Source: Takakia lepidozioides (lineage: Eukaryota; Plantae; Bryophyta). Taken from it: a stretch of 64,000 nt of DNA. Each line of letters opens with the position of its first letter. Position 1 is the stretch's first letter. This document shows, piece by piece, positions 48,991 to 61,100 of the stretch. The notes beneath the pieces are model-generated. The model worked only from the letters and a program-made list of their open reading frames with translations. It was not told the DNA's origin and searched no databases. The position numbers and the translations under genes are program-made. The DNA lies in assembly GCA_030704615.1 (NCBI GenBank), contig CM060733.1:39866001-39930000 (forward strand), in the 5' to 3' direction.

Positions 48991-48997
48991 TTAACAG

Positions 48998-49452
48998 ATG
49001 CATGTCAAGCATTTGAAAATATGGCAAACGAGATGTGGTCTCATGGAGTGCAATGATTTCACGATATGCCCAGCATGGATGTGGTATGGAGGCTTTGGAG
49101 ACATATGAGCGAATGATATGGGAAGGGGTGACATCCAATCTGGCATTACCTGACTACAGACACAAGCAGCACACACAAGAGGTCCTTCTGGGTTGATGAT
49201 CGGTCAAATCCTCCATGGGTCATGACACAAGGTCAAGGACAATGTGGTGAGGATCCACCTTCTTGTTCGACCTATTTCAACCTGTTTCGTCCTCTCATCA
49301 AACTCGGCCTTGAGATGCATATTGAATTCTGTAAGTTAGCTCGTTGGGTGGATATATGGTGGTTTGGAGTGACTTTGACAAGTTACTGCTGATGTGGCAG
49401 CTGGAAAGTATCCAAAAATAGATAACAGAGATGAGGAGAAGCTTTGGAATGA
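48998..49452 (+). pseudogene. PPR + PDF-motif fragment
   Basis: DACQAFENM.RDVVSWSAMISRYAQHGCGMEALETYERM joined to SNLALPDYRHKQHTQEVL.WVDDRSNPPWV and DEEKLWNE. Confidence 0.8.
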
Positions 49453-50640
49453 ACTAGTAGTAGAGATAAGGAAGGGAGCAGAAAGGACTGGCGACATAGT
49501 GACTAGTGCTGCAGATCGTGGAAATTAGGGTCTGTCAAGTGTGCAGAATTCATGACAAACTGCTGAAACGGAAGTGAAGGATTTTTGCCATAGAGTAATG
49601 TATCATGTACCTTCGGTTGCGACAGCATGAAGTGACAATGGCAGATGAGACCTGATGGCGGCAGAGACGAGGGATGAGCCTCATCGTTAGACCTACACCG
49701 CTTGAGTAAGGGTATAAAGCACGCAAGTGCGATGGGTTTTCTTCTTCTTCTTTCACTTATGAATAGTTGTGGTTGCTTGGACTTAGGAGCTCTCAAGAAA
49801 GACTGATGTAAGAGATAAGACTGTTGAAAATGGAATGGAGTCGGCCTGATTTCAAACCAGGGAGGATGTAGAGAGAAGGGGAGACGATACATGGGTCTAC
49901 TGGAGTGCTGATAGAGGGCAGATGCATCCTTCCCACTGTCACTAAGTTAAATTTCCAAGATGATTTCACTGGATATCTGGTTGGGCGCGTCGACATTGCA
50001 TATAGATCTAGGTTGATTGTTGAATAATTGGAGCTGGGTACTTGTATCTAAAAGGGGAGAAAAAGTTTTGGGAAGGGAGAGAGCTGCACAGTAAAAGGGG
50101 TAATGAATGGGATGGTCAATTGAGAGACAAAGAGGGAAAATCATGAGCTGTAGATGACTTATCAAACCTGCACTTTGTGGTAGATCCTTGATGCCTTCTC
50201 AAATTTCGGTCGATCATGTAAGGGAGTTCCAGACAAGCATTGCAAGAAGTGAAATTGTCTCACGAGCTATGCATTTATCCACGTAGAGTGTTGTTGGGGT
50301 CACGTAGCATCACAATAATTTTATTGACATTGCATGCCCTGCCTATATAATCTGAGAGATACAAAGGAAAAGCTTCCCAATCCCATCCATGTCTTCTCTT
50401 CCGCTGCGGCGTGGATGAAGACACATGAACTCTGATCATGAACAATACATAGGGCCTTTAAGCTGTGTGTCGGTCTTGGACTAGCAAGTGGATGCTACAC
50501 TAGAATGAACAGATTTAGAATTATCTAGAAGGGGATTTATGCCCCTTCTTTTCACACTACAGATTCTGTGGGATATCCTTAATTTTTGCACAGACTTACG
50601 GATGATAGACTTGGACCAGCATAGGCCTTAAGGGTGGTGG

Positions 50641-50826
50641 ACAGGCTTATACAGTCAGTTACAGCCTTACACAGTCGGACACAGCTTGTCACAGCCTGCC
50701 ACAGCCCGACACAGCTTATCACAGCCTATCACAGTCAGTTGCAGTCTATCACAGTCTATCATAGCCCGACACAGCTTCACACAGCCCGACACAACCAATC
50801 ACAGCTTCACACAGCCCGACACAGCA
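50641..50826. repeat. 10-bp-unit minisatellite (ACAGCCCGAC / ACAGCTTATC variants)
   Basis: About 18 consecutive units, nearly all beginning ACAG. Confidence 0.9.
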
Positions 50827-51347
50827 CAATGATGTCTCATGATTCTGGTTTGAACATCGCATAATCGTGGCCATGATAAAGGCAGTCAGCAGGATTGCGG
50901 CGGCACGGCATCCTTGCAAAAAGATTAGCGGATTACGCTCAATGGCAGCAGCTCCCGGATGGAGGAGGCAGCAGCGCGGTGGCTGGAAGTAGTTCAAGGA
51001 CATGACAATGTGTTTGCAAATGCTGCAATTCCTCATTAACACTCCATGGCACATTTAAATTTCCCCCATATAGGAACTTGCATAGATGCAGATTGGCTGC
51101 TCCATGAATGTAGCCGTTTCAGTTTTCTTCCGTGCGCCATGACACACCTCCAGGAGAGCAAGATGACATGTATGGTATGGCGGAGTGGTCTGCCATGGTT
51201 GCTCAGACTCCATTGTGGGGCACGAGCAAGGATTTGCAGCGGGTTGCTGATCGACAGGTGCAACCAGCCTGGGTAGAGGCTTTTGTACCATCAGGAGAGG
51301 AGGAGAGTGCGGGGATTGCACCAGGACCACCTCAGTTGTCTCCATAG

Positions 51348-51640
51348 GACACCACACCTATTGTGTGGCAGTATCCGGATGAAGGCATTTGCCTTCTAGA
51401 CGTGGGATCAGCCCGGATTGGCTGCTATGTTACAGGCAGGTGTGCAAATTCGGCGTTATCTGTATGTGGAGAGGATGAGACTGCACGACGCGTTTCACTT
51501 CGTCATGTTGCTCAGTTGGTGCAGCAATACCCTGAGTTGTTGCCGGTGTCTGCGGTTTGTGGATATCATCAGGCCTTACTAGCGGACATTTCGCTGCTGG
51601 GGGAGCAGGATTTGGAGCGGGTTGGCTCCATTGATTTGGT
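51348..51640 (+). pseudogene. C5-cytosine DNA methyltransferase N-terminal fragment of the retrotransposon-associated type
   Basis: With frameshift correction: DTTPIVWQYPDEGICLL..GLAAMLQAGVQIRRYLYVE.DETARRVSLRHVAQLVQQYPELL..LADISLLGEQDLERVGSIDLV. Truncated just before the expected PCQ motif. Confidence 0.62.
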
Positions 51641-52710
51641 ATATAATCTTCAATGCTCCCACATTTGGCATACATGTCGAGAGTACCATCCTCACCAGCT
51701 GGAACTGTCCACCTGGGTGCGGAACTGTCCTCATCATCCCCCTCGCTCTCAGACGCGGATTCTATGACGAACTTACCTACTCTGCCTTTCACAATTCCAT
51801 GTTTGGCCTCACGCCTCATTATAATTCTCTGCTCATTCCCGAATATCAATTGCTCAAACCGAGTAGGCCTATCCTCCCTCCTGATGGCTTCTCTGGCAGC
51901 CGTGTCTGCATAGGCTGGTAGAAAAAAAGGCTTCTGGGGACTCGCAAAAAACGATTTTCTGGCAAAGAATGGCCAATGCGATTCTATCTCCTCCTCTACA
52001 ACAGGGTCTGATTCGGGCAAGTATCCCAGCATTTCCTCGTCGGACGACTCTGCAAGGCTGAGTGTACGCACAAACACAGAATGAAGCACATTAGAACATT
52101 CAAACAGGGAATCATCGACAGGTTATATGGTCCCTACAACCGAAACCAATACACTTACTATGGTGCAACTCACTCGACGACAGGCATTGCAGGAAGCGGC
52201 TTCGGGCGCCCCTGCATCGTACGAATTTCCTGGACTTCCTTGTCCTCCACATCCAGTGCAAAAGTCGGCTGAGCCGGAAAATCTGGGATACAATGGTTGG
52301 AGAAATGTTTTCAGGCACGTGGGCCCAGACATTGCATTCATAGCACGGTTGCCAGAATGAGTGCAAAACCAATGAGAAGTTCTGAACCGCCGCAATGTGC
52401 AAAATCAACTTGCACATGTATGGACATCGAATCCAGGGTATGGCCATACGGACACAAGAGGTGACGGCGGCCAGTGCCAAATGCACAAATGCTCCTGTGC
52501 TACGTGGACACGTATGAGGTGAACCCATGCATAACCGTCGCGAGCGTTGCCCCGCCGGCATCCCCTCGCACAACGTCTCTGGGCCCAACACATCCTCATT
52601 TTCAAGCTGGAGACTAACAAGAGACTGAGTTCCCACAGAGAGAGTGGTAGGCGTAGAAGACAGTTTTTTTTTTCACCTCAGCGCGAGAGGGGAAGAGGGC
52701 TAGAGAGAGA

Positions 52711-54175
52711 ATGAGAGGCCGCAAGCTGGATTTGACGCTTCAAGAGATAGCAAAAGAGAGTTCGGCCCTAGAAACAGAACAAATGACTGTGCAGGACTAG
52801 GCGGTTGGGGCTGCCGAAGGAGGGGATGAAACACTATCAGAGAGCGACACAGAGGATATGGACACAAAGGAGCCTGACGCTGTTGCTAAGGAACCCATGC
52901 CAAAGGGGAAGAGTGTTGTTGAGAAGGAGGCGACGCCGAAGAGGAAGCAGGCTACACATACGGTTAGTGTCGTTGCATCCAAAGCATCAGGGAGTGCTCC
53001 CCCGAAAGTACCACAGGTGATGATCTTCCTTCCTCTCTTTTGGTGCAGATTGAAGGGCATGGAAATTGCGTGCGCTGACGCACGCAATCTCATGCCTTGC
53101 ATTCATGTCTTTTCCTCTTCAGAGTTGAGTGAAGTAGATCAATGTGAGTGTTCTGATAGTTACATGAGTGTTCTGCTAGTTTTTCCTTTACTCCTTTCTT
53201 TTGTTCACTGAACAAGAGCACCTCCAGAAAATTGCGTGCGTCAACGCATGCATTTTCTGGAGGTGCTCTGAAAGCCATGTTTTGCACTGAGCATCTCTAA
53301 CTGCACCCATGAAAATGGGCTGCATGATATCCGCTTTAGCAAGTTCTACATGTTCCTAAGAGACCCCTAGAAATTGCGTGCGTCAACGCACTCAATTTCA
53401 GAGGGTGCTGTGATGGACATCCAGAGCGAGAAACAGATCTGAATGCCCTGATTTTCTGAGCACAGAAAGATCGTCTTAAATCCACGAGTGACACTTCAGA
53501 GCACCCACCAAAATTGCGTGCGTTGACGCACGCAATTTCTGGGGTTGGTCTGAAGGACATTCTCTGGAGTATGGGTCTCTCATTTGACATGACAAAGCAC
53601 ATGCATATACTCAACTTGAAGACATGATGCACAGTCTGTAGAGGCTTCAGAAATGCGTGCGTCAACGCACTTAATATGTGACACTGCCTTTACATGGAGC
53701 ATTTTTCTTTTTGAATGTAGGCGAAGAAAAGGAGAGGTGCTCCCCTGGAGCAGGATGAAGATGAAGACCACGAACTTGTTGTTGTTGAGGAGGAAGACGA
53801 TGGCAGGCCATACTAGGACAGGGCAAAAGATCTGTTGTCCTTCTCGAAAGTGAACTCAGCCCAAGTCATCAAGGCCATGGGCATTCTTGGGGGGAAATTA
53901 ATGATCCCACTCTGCACGTTGATCTCCATGCCGTTCGTCCGACCAACCCTCACGAATGACATTGCAAAGCTGGAACAGGATTTTTGCCATGGGTATATAG
54001 AGGGTCCATCTGTGTTTTACGTTTCGTTGGGCGACACCAACGGCAAGAAGTTTTGGTGGACGAGACCATTGTTGGAGGCTGGGATCCAATATGGCGACGC
54101 ATCAACGAAGAGTTTGAATCAATTATTTGCAAGAGGCTTGTTACACAGTCTTTCTCAGGCAAGATGTTCCATGTC
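52711..54175 (+). pseudogene. Acidic/basic N-terminus plus ParB/sulfiredoxin-like domain start; probable 5' half of the MTase gene
   Basis: Exon 52711-53017, GT-AG intron 53018-53740, then IPLCTLISMPFVRPTLTNDIAKLEQDFCHGYIEGPSVFYVS..WRRINEEFE..GKMFHV. Truncated where DGNHR would follow. In-frame stops present. Confidence 0.6.
53062..53670. repeat. Five palindromes, consensus AAATTGCGTGCGT(CA/TG)ACGCACGCAATTT, about 140 bp apart
   Basis: Cores at about 53065, 53231, 53373, 53513 and 53653. The 53216-53268 copy extends to a 53-bp hairpin. Confidence 0.9.
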
Positions 54176-54179
54176 TAAC

Positions 54180-55330
54180 ATCTGATTTTTTATTGCTTTT
54201 TGGCCTGCACAGCCAAGGAGGTCAGCCAAAATGCTCCACTTTGGGAGTGAGCCCATGATCCCGACTCATGGAATCAAAGTAATGGCAACCTTCATCCACC
54301 AGGCCAACATGACTACATGTAGAGAGAACATATGTAAAGGTGATACTACTTGGCTTCATGCCTTCATGTTGCATTTCTTCAAATAGTTGCAGAACGTCTC
54401 TGCCACACTCATGCTAAAGCATATCCTGCAATAATCGCACTCCATGAGACCACATCCCGTTCAACCATGTTGTCAAACACTTGGCGTGAATGTTTCAAGC
54501 TCCCACACTTGGCATACATGTTAACGAGGGTATTCTCGAGAATGATGTCTGTCAGTATTCCAGCTTTAATGATGTCCGTGTGGACCTCTATGCCCTTTTC
54601 CAGGGCTGCCAGGCTGGCAGCCGCCTTCAGAACACAAATAAAGGTAACCTTATCAGGCAACACCCCTTCTCGTATCATCTGCTCATAGCTCTCGAAAGCC
54701 TCCCTACTACACCCCTACTGAGATATCCTGATATCGGACAAGGATATCACCTGGGTGTTACTGCTCAAGACATACATGTCCACCAGGGCAGTGTTCAGAA
54801 TGACATCTGGTAATTTGATAGGCATTCACCTTTCCCACCATTGACCGAGGTCAGAAAAGTATTAATTCCACAACTTCTCCTCGTCTCTGTTACCTGTTTT
54901 TGGATACTTTCCTGTTGTTGCATTGGCAGTATCATGTCAAAGTCATTCCAAACTAGATTCACTCAACCAGCTAACTTGCAGAATTCAACATGGAAATTTA
55001 GGGCCGATTCTGATAAGAGGGAAAAACAGGGTGAAATGTGTTGAAGAAGGTGCCTTCATTAGCAGTGAATCTGGACCCATACTCTATCCCCTGCTCCTTC
55101 AGCTATCCATGCACAATCATGCATACATCCTTGCGTTGTTGCTAGCAGCTGACACTGACAGCCAAGATTTTTTCGAGGAAACACCCAACTCAACTTATCA
55201 CACTAGTTCCTATGCTCAATTTCATCTCCTACTCTCTGTAACAGACATTCACTTTTTTGACTCGATTGTCCCACCATTGACTGGGGTCAGAAAAGTATTC
55301 ATTCCACAGCTTCTCCTCGTCTTTGTTACT
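54180..55330 (-). pseudogene. PDF-motif + PLS-PPR fragments
   Basis: DEEKLWNEYFSDPSQWWDNRVKK|GT (55322-55253), a second copy at 54885-54830, PPR motifs at 54810-54410, and L2/S2-like TFTYVLSTCSHVGLVDEGCHYFDSMSRDHGLTPKVEHFG (54360-54230). Confidence 0.85.
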
Positions 55331-56133
55331 TCTAAACTACAATAAAAACTTAGTATAAGCAAGTTACCCGCATCTGATCGTCACAAACAGGTCCGCCAAG
55401 CATCTGATCGTCATAAACATGGCCGCCATCCTAAACGCCACCATCCTCCAGCGCATCCTTGCCATCCTTCCCTAAAACAAGCTGATTGCTACGATATAGA
55501 AGCCCTGCCGCGTCAGATTTGTTGCTCTGTCCATACACATGACAGTAATCATATCCTTTAAAGACACACCAAGTCATCACGCCACTACCCTCTCTGCCTG
55601 CCGCATGTCATCCTTATTAAATCAACGATCTCAAAGCAATTGGGAGAGCTGCACACTACGCTAAGCCATCCTTCCCTTGTGAGATCACTCCCAGGCAAGA
55701 ATCCATAAAGGCCATGCCGCACTGCATAACGTCCATGGCGGTACCGCTTCCCTTCACCTGCACTTGCACAACACACCACGTGGTCTCCTCCGTAGCTTGA
55801 TCTTTCTGAAACAAATCATCATAAAGAAAGAGGCATCACCGCCTGCAGCTGCACACCCTACTAGCATCGCCCCTTAACTGACTGCTACACCGCATGCCAC
55901 AACGTTCTCCCCGTAAGGTAATCTCACAGAAATCGATCATTACCAACAAGATGGTGGCACCATTAACACGGAGCTGAATCTGCTCTTTGTGTTCCTGCCC
56001 ACTCTCCCTGCTCATTCCATTGCCCGCAGCAGAATCCACTAAGTGTCTTCCCGCCTACGCTCCCTGCTATACACTCTTGCTCGTTCTTCTGCTCATAGCA
56101 CCCCGTAGGGCATTCCCCGCCATCGCGCACAGA

Positions 56134-56403
56134 AGAAGTTTATTCATCTCCCGGATGAAAAACACACCTGGCCATACGTTTATCCTCATGGATGATAAAT
56201 CATGGATGGATGATAAATCGCAAGGACTTAAGCTATATCCTGGTCGAGTGTTCCAACGTTCCCATGATGTTCCTAGAACATGAATGAACTTCATTCATCC
56301 ATTGGATGAAAAATCCATTGTTTCTTAGTTTGCCTACTTCCATCCAAGCGAAAATCCTTTTTTTAGCTGATGAAATAAACTCACAAGGATAGCTCAACTT
56401 CCT
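56134..56403. mobile_element. Probable MITE with GGATGA/TCATCC internal repeats
   Basis: Weak terminal inversion agaagtt.. / ..aacttcct and repeated ggatga motifs; TSD not established. Confidence 0.4.
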
Positions 56404-56519
56404 TCCCACTGGTATCAGAGCCCCTGTCTTGTAGAAATGCTGAATCTGAACAAGTAACAACAAAAATTTCAATGTCACTCCCCTGCATTAACACTACAAA
56501 TCCATAAAAGTGTCCAAGT

Positions 56520-56960
56520 CCCAGACAGCCCTCTAACATTACCCCTCCCCCTCTCAAAAAGCCGTGTCCTCACGGTTTACTATTTAGGATCAGCAAACCT
56601 TTGTGAGCGAGCACCCTGCTGACGGTGAGAAGCCCTTGGAGGGCTCTGTGTGCGAGCCCGAGCCTTGTCACTGGCTGGCGAAGATAAGTGTCGACTAGCT
56701 GGAAGTGCCAGCACTGCTTTAGCTTGAGAAGGAGGCAAATATTGTGGAATAGGAGATCCCCGTCGTCTTTTCTCCTCCATTGCTAAGTCATACTCCTCAT
56801 CCATGTCAAAGTTACCCTCTACTAAACTAGTAGTATCAGAATCATCTTCTCCCATGAGGCCTTTCGGTGGTCTGATCTTCTTGGGTCATTTAGCAAAACA
56901 GAGAACCGGTGGTCTAAGGTTATTTTCTCCTCTCACTATCAAGGCGCCTGATTTGTGAGC
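56520..56960 (-). mobile_element. Possible LTR retroelement 3' remnant
   Basis: Minus strand reads GTGAGGACACGG..GAGAGGGGGAGGGGTAA|TGTTAGAG, a PPT followed by TG. Confidence 0.4.
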
Positions 56961-57555
56961 TGTCGCTCCCAGGTGTTTCCCTTATAATTGTTTAAGAAAA
57001 AAAAAAAAAAAAACACCATCAAATCACACAACTGTATTAAGATCTTACATTCTTCCTATTGTTTTTTGAATAACATATATGTTCAATCAAAATGAAATTG
57101 TTCTCCCAAGTAGTCACTAGTAGTCTGGAGCAACATGTCAGCCTCGTATCATATAGAAGTCTACAACACCTACTTGTGTGTGAATAGCTCTGTGGAAGTT
57201 TACTAGGATCTGCGGGAGTAGGTCTGGAGGTCGAATTATGGTGGATTTCGGCACAGGAAGAGTAATATATATATATTTCCAACAGCACATTTTTTGGTTT
57301 AATTATCGTCAGGCAGATACAGCACTGTTACAGTCCAGACTATAGTTAAACTTCTCAGAAGGTAATTATATTCAGCCTTCAGGACATTTCAGGACCCTGA
57401 TGTTACCAAAAAGTGCAACAAACACAATAAGGGGAAAATACTCCCCTGGAAATTGACCAGGCCCGGCCCCATTGAGTTGCATTCATATTCAGATTGTGTG
57501 TCTCTCACATGTGCATCCAGTAAGTATAATATCATATGAGTGGAGAGGAGTGGCA

Positions 57556-58007
57556 AGGTAGCGAGCTTCAAATGCGTCTGCACCCATCCTATTTATATAC
57601 AGGTGTCAAGCTCAGTGGAAAATGTGTCCTTTATCTCCTCTCCGACTAAGCTTTATCCCGAGGACTGTGATGGTGTTTAAGGAACCAAGTTGCTGAATGG
57701 CGCAATCCAACCTGCGCTCATGATAAACTCTCCAACACACCAACAGGTAAACCCAGTGCACCGCAAACATTGCCAGTGGCCAGGTAGCGAGCTTCAAATG
57801 CGTCTGCACCCATCCTATTTATATACAGGTGTCAAGCTTAGTGGAAAATGTGTCCTTTATCTCCTCTCCGACTAAGCTTTATCCCGAGGACTGTGATGGT
57901 GTTTAAGGAACCAAGTTGCTGAATGGCGCAATCCAACCTGCGCTTATGATAAACTCTCCAACACACCAACAGGTAAACCCAGTGCACCGCAAACATTGCC
58001 AGTGGCC
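57556..58007. repeat. Near-perfect tandem duplication, 2 x 226 bp
   Basis: 57556-57781 and 57782-58007; only about two substitutions seen. Confidence 0.95.
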
Positions 58008-58164
58008 AGTCATTGGATACAGAAATGTCTAGCTATGGATACCTGTCTTGTGTCTAAGCCGATATCCCACAATGGGGTGATAACTGAGTTGTTCACCCCT
58101 CTCAAGGGGGCTACTTGAGAAAATATTAGTGTAGTGTACATGGAGTTGGAGAGGCTAACTCATC

Positions 58165-61100
58165 TCAACTATTTTGGTAGCTGGAAAGCACAGCGTCGGT
58201 ATATACTGCAAAGAGTTGTGTGTCTGCAAAAAGCTGGGCACAAAAAAGAAATTGTGTGAGATACAGCCAGAAGGTCACCAGCAATGTGGGTGAGTTGGCA
58301 AAAGGACAGAAGAGTACTTAGGAATGACACAGACCTACCAAACCAAAACCTGACGCAACCAATTTGAACAACCTTAGTATGACCCTTCATAGCTTTCTTT
58401 ACAAAGGCCAATGGTAGAGAATAAAGCGTGTAGTTCTCGCTACAGCTGTGGTACTTGTAATTTTCATTCATTCATCACTTTCAATCTAGCCATGTCCAGC
58501 ACCCTAAGAGACTGAGGGTCTACCTTGATAAATGGTTGGTCCCTAATTGGGAATGAATCAATGAAGCTGTCTTTTAATAATAGTGAGACCTGGTAGAATA
58601 AGAGATCAGCAGATCAATCATCTGTACAGAGTGACAACTCCATACAGAGATCAAAAGCAACCCAAACACGTCTTGCACCAGCCCAAGTTAGAACCTAAGC
58701 TAGCGCAACCTAACTGCAGTCTTAACATTCTTCTGTTAGTCTCAAAACATCAACTTCATAATGTGTGGCAGCGACAAAGCTGTCACCACTCCCCAAAAAT
58801 TATGCACACCACTATACTTTGTACCGAGTTTCTGCCACTCTGATGACTTGGTGGCATCAGGTATAATTTCCTCCTCTTCTGTGTGTTGGACATCATCGCA
58901 ATTTCAAGCAAAGGTAATCAAAACAGTCAGCATCTTCATTTAACTAAAACATTGTACTCATAAGACGTTGTTTGCTGTAGCCTTGTGGCCATTGACCCCG
59001 CGCCCAGTTTGAGCGGGAACAAAAGGGACAGAACCTACCTCTGTCAGGGGCTGACGTTGGTAGTGTGACACTTAACTAAAACATTTATGAAGTGCAACCT
59101 GAAATTCACTTAACCTTGTCTACAAAAAGGCTGTAATATTCAATTCCTAAACACAATTGAGAAAAAAGGCTCTAAAAGGTTGCAGCGAGAGGCACACACC
59201 TTGTCATCGTTGGATTGCACATTAGTAATCGTGTGAGATCGCAGGTTGTTGCACAGTGACTCTAAATAGCTGCTCAGGACCGCCAAAAATCCCTCCGCGG
59301 CCCTTACCTGTGACAAGTTAATTTTCAAACTCTTCAGCACTCCCTATGAAAAATTTCCCTCCTCCTACATTCAAGGTCCGGTAGGTGGCCACAAGGCTAA
59401 TGAGTACACTTCATCATTATGGCATATGGCATGATCTGAAGGGCCACGGCACTAGACTGAAACTTAAACTCAGGGCAGGGAGTCTACCTTTGAAAAAACA
59501 GATGCAGAGAGGAAAGGGAGTTGTCAATAACCAATGTGCAGGCAGCTTGAAGACAGTATCCATTTTCTGATACAATGTCCAGGCTTTCCTATCAGAGTGC
59601 AACACTGTTCAGGAACATCAAGAACATAGTCCCTGCATCTCTGTTCACTAACTTTAAAATCTCGAGGCTGCGCCTAAAGTCCTCGTCCAGTTGGGGTCTA
59701 ATTGCTGGGCAGCTCACACACAGCAGATTGATGCTTGTGTTAATGATTTCTAGAGGAAATCTGGAAAGCCCGAACCAATTGTGTATACCAAGGTAAGTCA
59801 CTACTGGAGTGCGCCCCTCAAGGCAGTGTCCACTCCCTCTTGTTCCACCCAAACTGGAAGTGGAGTCTATGGCCACAAGGCTACGGCAAACAACATCTTA
59901 TGTGTACATTCTCCGTCTCTCTCTCTGTCTCTTAATCTAATGCTGAAATTGTATGTCACCAACACCCTCCAAAATTTGTGGCATAAATTTAGTATCAACC
60001 ACATGACACTTAAACATAAGTCAGTGGCAGTAGTCATGAGTAGCCACTTAGCTATGAAAGTAGAATCAGTGGCAGTTGGTGATAGTCCTAAAAACCGACC
60101 ACTTGGCCCTTCAAGTAGAGTCAACAGCTTTGCTACACATGTAACCTTTCAAAATTAAGTCAAATGGATATTTAAGTGTTCCTGGATAATTGAGATTGTC
60201 ATTCACAGAATGTCAGTGACAGATCAGAATTTTCAGGGCTTACGCTGATTCCTCAGTCTATCATCAATTTCTGGTATCAGATTCACAGTGCTACTTATGG
60301 CAAATATGACGCCCCAGTCTCCTAACACTCGAGTGCAGTCAGACACTCACCCTTTTTGGCTTCAAAATGTTTTCTGCTCTCACGGTCGTTCTTGGTTGAC
60401 ATTGATAACAAGTAGGTGATGCTTTAATCCTGGAACACACAGGGATCACTAACTTGCTGGTTTATTGGTTGGTTGTGTTGGATCTAGGTGAAGATCACTT
60501 CTACCCTAGATATTTATGGGTCTTGAGGTCAAGTACTAATTGCAGTCAACTCTTCCTGCAGGGATGTGCGGTCAGTAATTATCTTTGAGTGTGATTGATT
60601 ACATTCATTTTGATAGCTATCACTCTAGGATTTGGCTTTTCTACCATAGTCTAGTTATACAGGGGCTCCGGACTAGATGTGTAGTTTATTCAGCTTGTCC
60701 TAAAGCTGAATGAACACCAGAAACAATGAAGAGGTCTTACCTCCCAGTATCTTGTCAAACCAGATCTGGCTGAAAGGAAAGCTTTAAGCCCCTTTCTACC
60801 AAAACCTTCTAAATAACTCTGTAAGATCCTAAACTGTCTCTACAAATGGTGTCTGTGAAGACTGATGACGTCTTAAAAAGTATAGGTCAAACAATGACCT
60901 GTCAGAGTTAGTCCTGACATCACTAGCTACGTCTCTTTCACCAACCTGAGATTCGCTGCATTGATGCACTGGATGCCTTTTAGCAGAACCCTTCTCAGCC
61001 GCCAGTTTCGAGTGGTAGGGCTCCAGAGCTGACATGAGCTCCTTGTGACGTGGCAGCTGCGGCATTGATGACACCGTCACCTGCAATAGCTCCCGCTGGC

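Noticed and set aside
50641-50826. CRISPR-like or coding interpretation of the ACAG array
   Set aside because: Contiguous 10-bp minisatellite without spacers.
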